Assembly (NCBI GenBank): GCA_043806035.1
Contig: JAZDHK010000042.1
Span: 1 to 36,360, forward strand
Length of the DNA: 36,360 nt
Source of the DNA: an archaeon
GTDB taxonomy: Archaea > Nanobdellota > Nanobdellia > Woesearchaeales > UBA9642
Direction of reading: 5' to 3'
In this document: piece by piece, positions 35,264 through 36,360 of the stretch
Layout: every line of letters begins with the position of its first letter
How positions within the stretch are numbered: the stretch's first letter is position 1
Program-made: the position numbers and the translations under genes
Notes under the pieces: generated by a model
Databases searched by the model: none
Seen by the model: only the letters and a program-made list of their open reading frames with translations
Told to the model about the DNA's origin: nothing

Positions 35264-36220
35264 ATGCTCCTCACCATACTCCTGTTCTGCTTTTCCATGT
35301 TCTGCCTCTATGTCGGCGCTAATTATCTTGTTGACAACAGCGCCTCTCTCGCGAGGAAGCTCGGCATTTCCGCACTCGTGGTTGGGTTGACGTTTGTTGC
35401 CATTGGCACGAGCATCCCTGAATTGTTCATCGGCATTGTCTCAGAGATAAATCACGTTCCCAATCTTAGTCTGGGCAATCTGTTGGGTGCGAGCATAGCC
35501 GTGCTTTCGTTGGTGTTGGGCATTGCCGCCTGCATAGCACCCATCAAGATTCACATCAGCACGTTGCAGAACGAGATTCCCTTCCTCATCTTGGGCATCA
35601 TGCTGGTCTTTCTCCTCAGCATGGATGGTATTCTGGGAGGGCTGGACGGGGTACTCTTGCTCGTCTTTCTCATCGTGTACCTCGCCAACACGTTCATCGT
35701 CTCGAAACAAAACCGTTACGACGACCAAAGAATAGTGGACATTGAACTTACGGAATTGCTCATCATCAGAGGAAAGAAGAACCGCCATTATGTGTTTTTC
35801 ATCCTTGTGGGAGCGATCATCGTTGCTGTTGGCGCGCACTTTATGGTGGAGACGGCGCTCGCCTTCGCGCATGCCCTGCATGTGCCTGAACTGCTCATCG
35901 GCATGACTTTAGTGAGTATAGGCACCACTCTTCCTGAACTCGTTACGGGCATTGTGTCTGCATTGAAGCATCATGAGGATCTCGAGCTGGGGACGTTGTT
36001 AGGGAGTGCCATGTTCAATATGCTCGGCATTCTGGGGATTATCTGCCTGCTTTCTCCCATTGCCGTTCCCCGAACGGTGCTATTCATAGATTTGCCTGTG
36101 CTTTTCGCAATAGCCGTCATCCTCTATCCGTTGATGCGGAGAAATTTTGTCATCCATCGTTATGAGGGAGTCATTCTCATCATACTCTATTGTGTGTACG
36201 TGGCACAGATGGTGTTCTAG
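35264..36220 (+). CDS. Calcium/sodium antiporter (CaCA, YrbG-like)
   Basis: Alpha-repeat motifs GTSIPE and GTTLPE; GNLLGAS and GTLLGSAMFN. Confidence 0.93.
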   Translation: MLLTILLFCFSMFCLYVGANYLVDNSASLARKLGISALVVGLTFVAIGTSIPELFIGIVSEINHVPNLSLGNLLGASIAVLSLVLGIAACIAPIKIHISTLQNEIPFLILGIMLVFLLSMDGILGGLDGVLLLVFLIVYLANTFIVSKQNRYDDQRIVDIELTELLIIRGKKNRHYVFFILVGAIIVAVGAHFMVETALAFAHALHVPELLIGMTLVSIGTTLPELVTGIVSALKHHEDLELGTLLGSAMFNMLGILGIICLLSPIAVPRTVLFIDLPVLFAIAVILYPLMRRNFVIHRYEGVILIILYCVYVAQMVF

Positions 36221-36263
36221 CAGTATCTCCGTAACTGATTAACTTCTCGTGAGTAGTTTTGTG

Positions 36264-36306
36264 AAAACCGAAAAATATTTATACTTAGTATATACTGGGT
36301 ATATAC
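36264..36306 (+). promoter_or_regulatory. BRE/TATA promoter with tandem GTATATAC palindromes; possible gene start at 36308 running off the window
   Basis: AAAACCGAAAAATATTTATA then AGTATATACT and GTATATAC. Confidence 0.5.
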
Positions 36307-36360
36307 TGTGGCACGTTCAGTTAAGATTAAGATAGAGACAGAGCTGCACTTGAAACACTT

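Overview
Archaeal chromosomal segment, most consistent with a DPANN (Woesearchaeota-like) genome; the taxon is inferred from rps17e, Alba, Dph2, TrmB regulators, intron-containing tRNAs and TATA boxes about 25 nt upstream of start codons. Housekeeping genes (thrS, gdh, ClC channel, PlsC-like acyltransferase, rps17e, alba, dph2, Ca2+/Na+ antiporter, three tRNAs) alternate with two kinds of cassette pile-up, and no integrase or transposase is visible in the window. (1) Between two convergent large surface-protein genes (19694-23770 + and 31825-34497 -) lies an ~8 kb array of ~1 kb MNT-HEPN, Bro-N and toxin-like cassettes separated by diverged copies of those genes' own 3' tips: four extra copies of ...LDRAYHIRQ* sharing an invariant 22-bp core, and one extra copy of ...WFGNWxYQYxPVVVV*. 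(2) Downstream of two different tRNA-Ser genes, small cassettes are stacked. Both loci share a 23-bp tRNA-adjacent flank and a distal motif GACGRTG-N8-TATTTAAATGATGCT (4 copies), and two of those copies lie next to a displaced tRNA 3' end. Also notable: a two-intron tRNA-Ser(GGA), an N-terminally shortened Dph2 coupled to a YkgJ gene, and paralogous beta-rich secreted proteins flanking an ECF S-like gene. Family assignments come from motif recognition by eye, with no database search. Several start codons were moved relative to the ORF track using TATA/SD positions.
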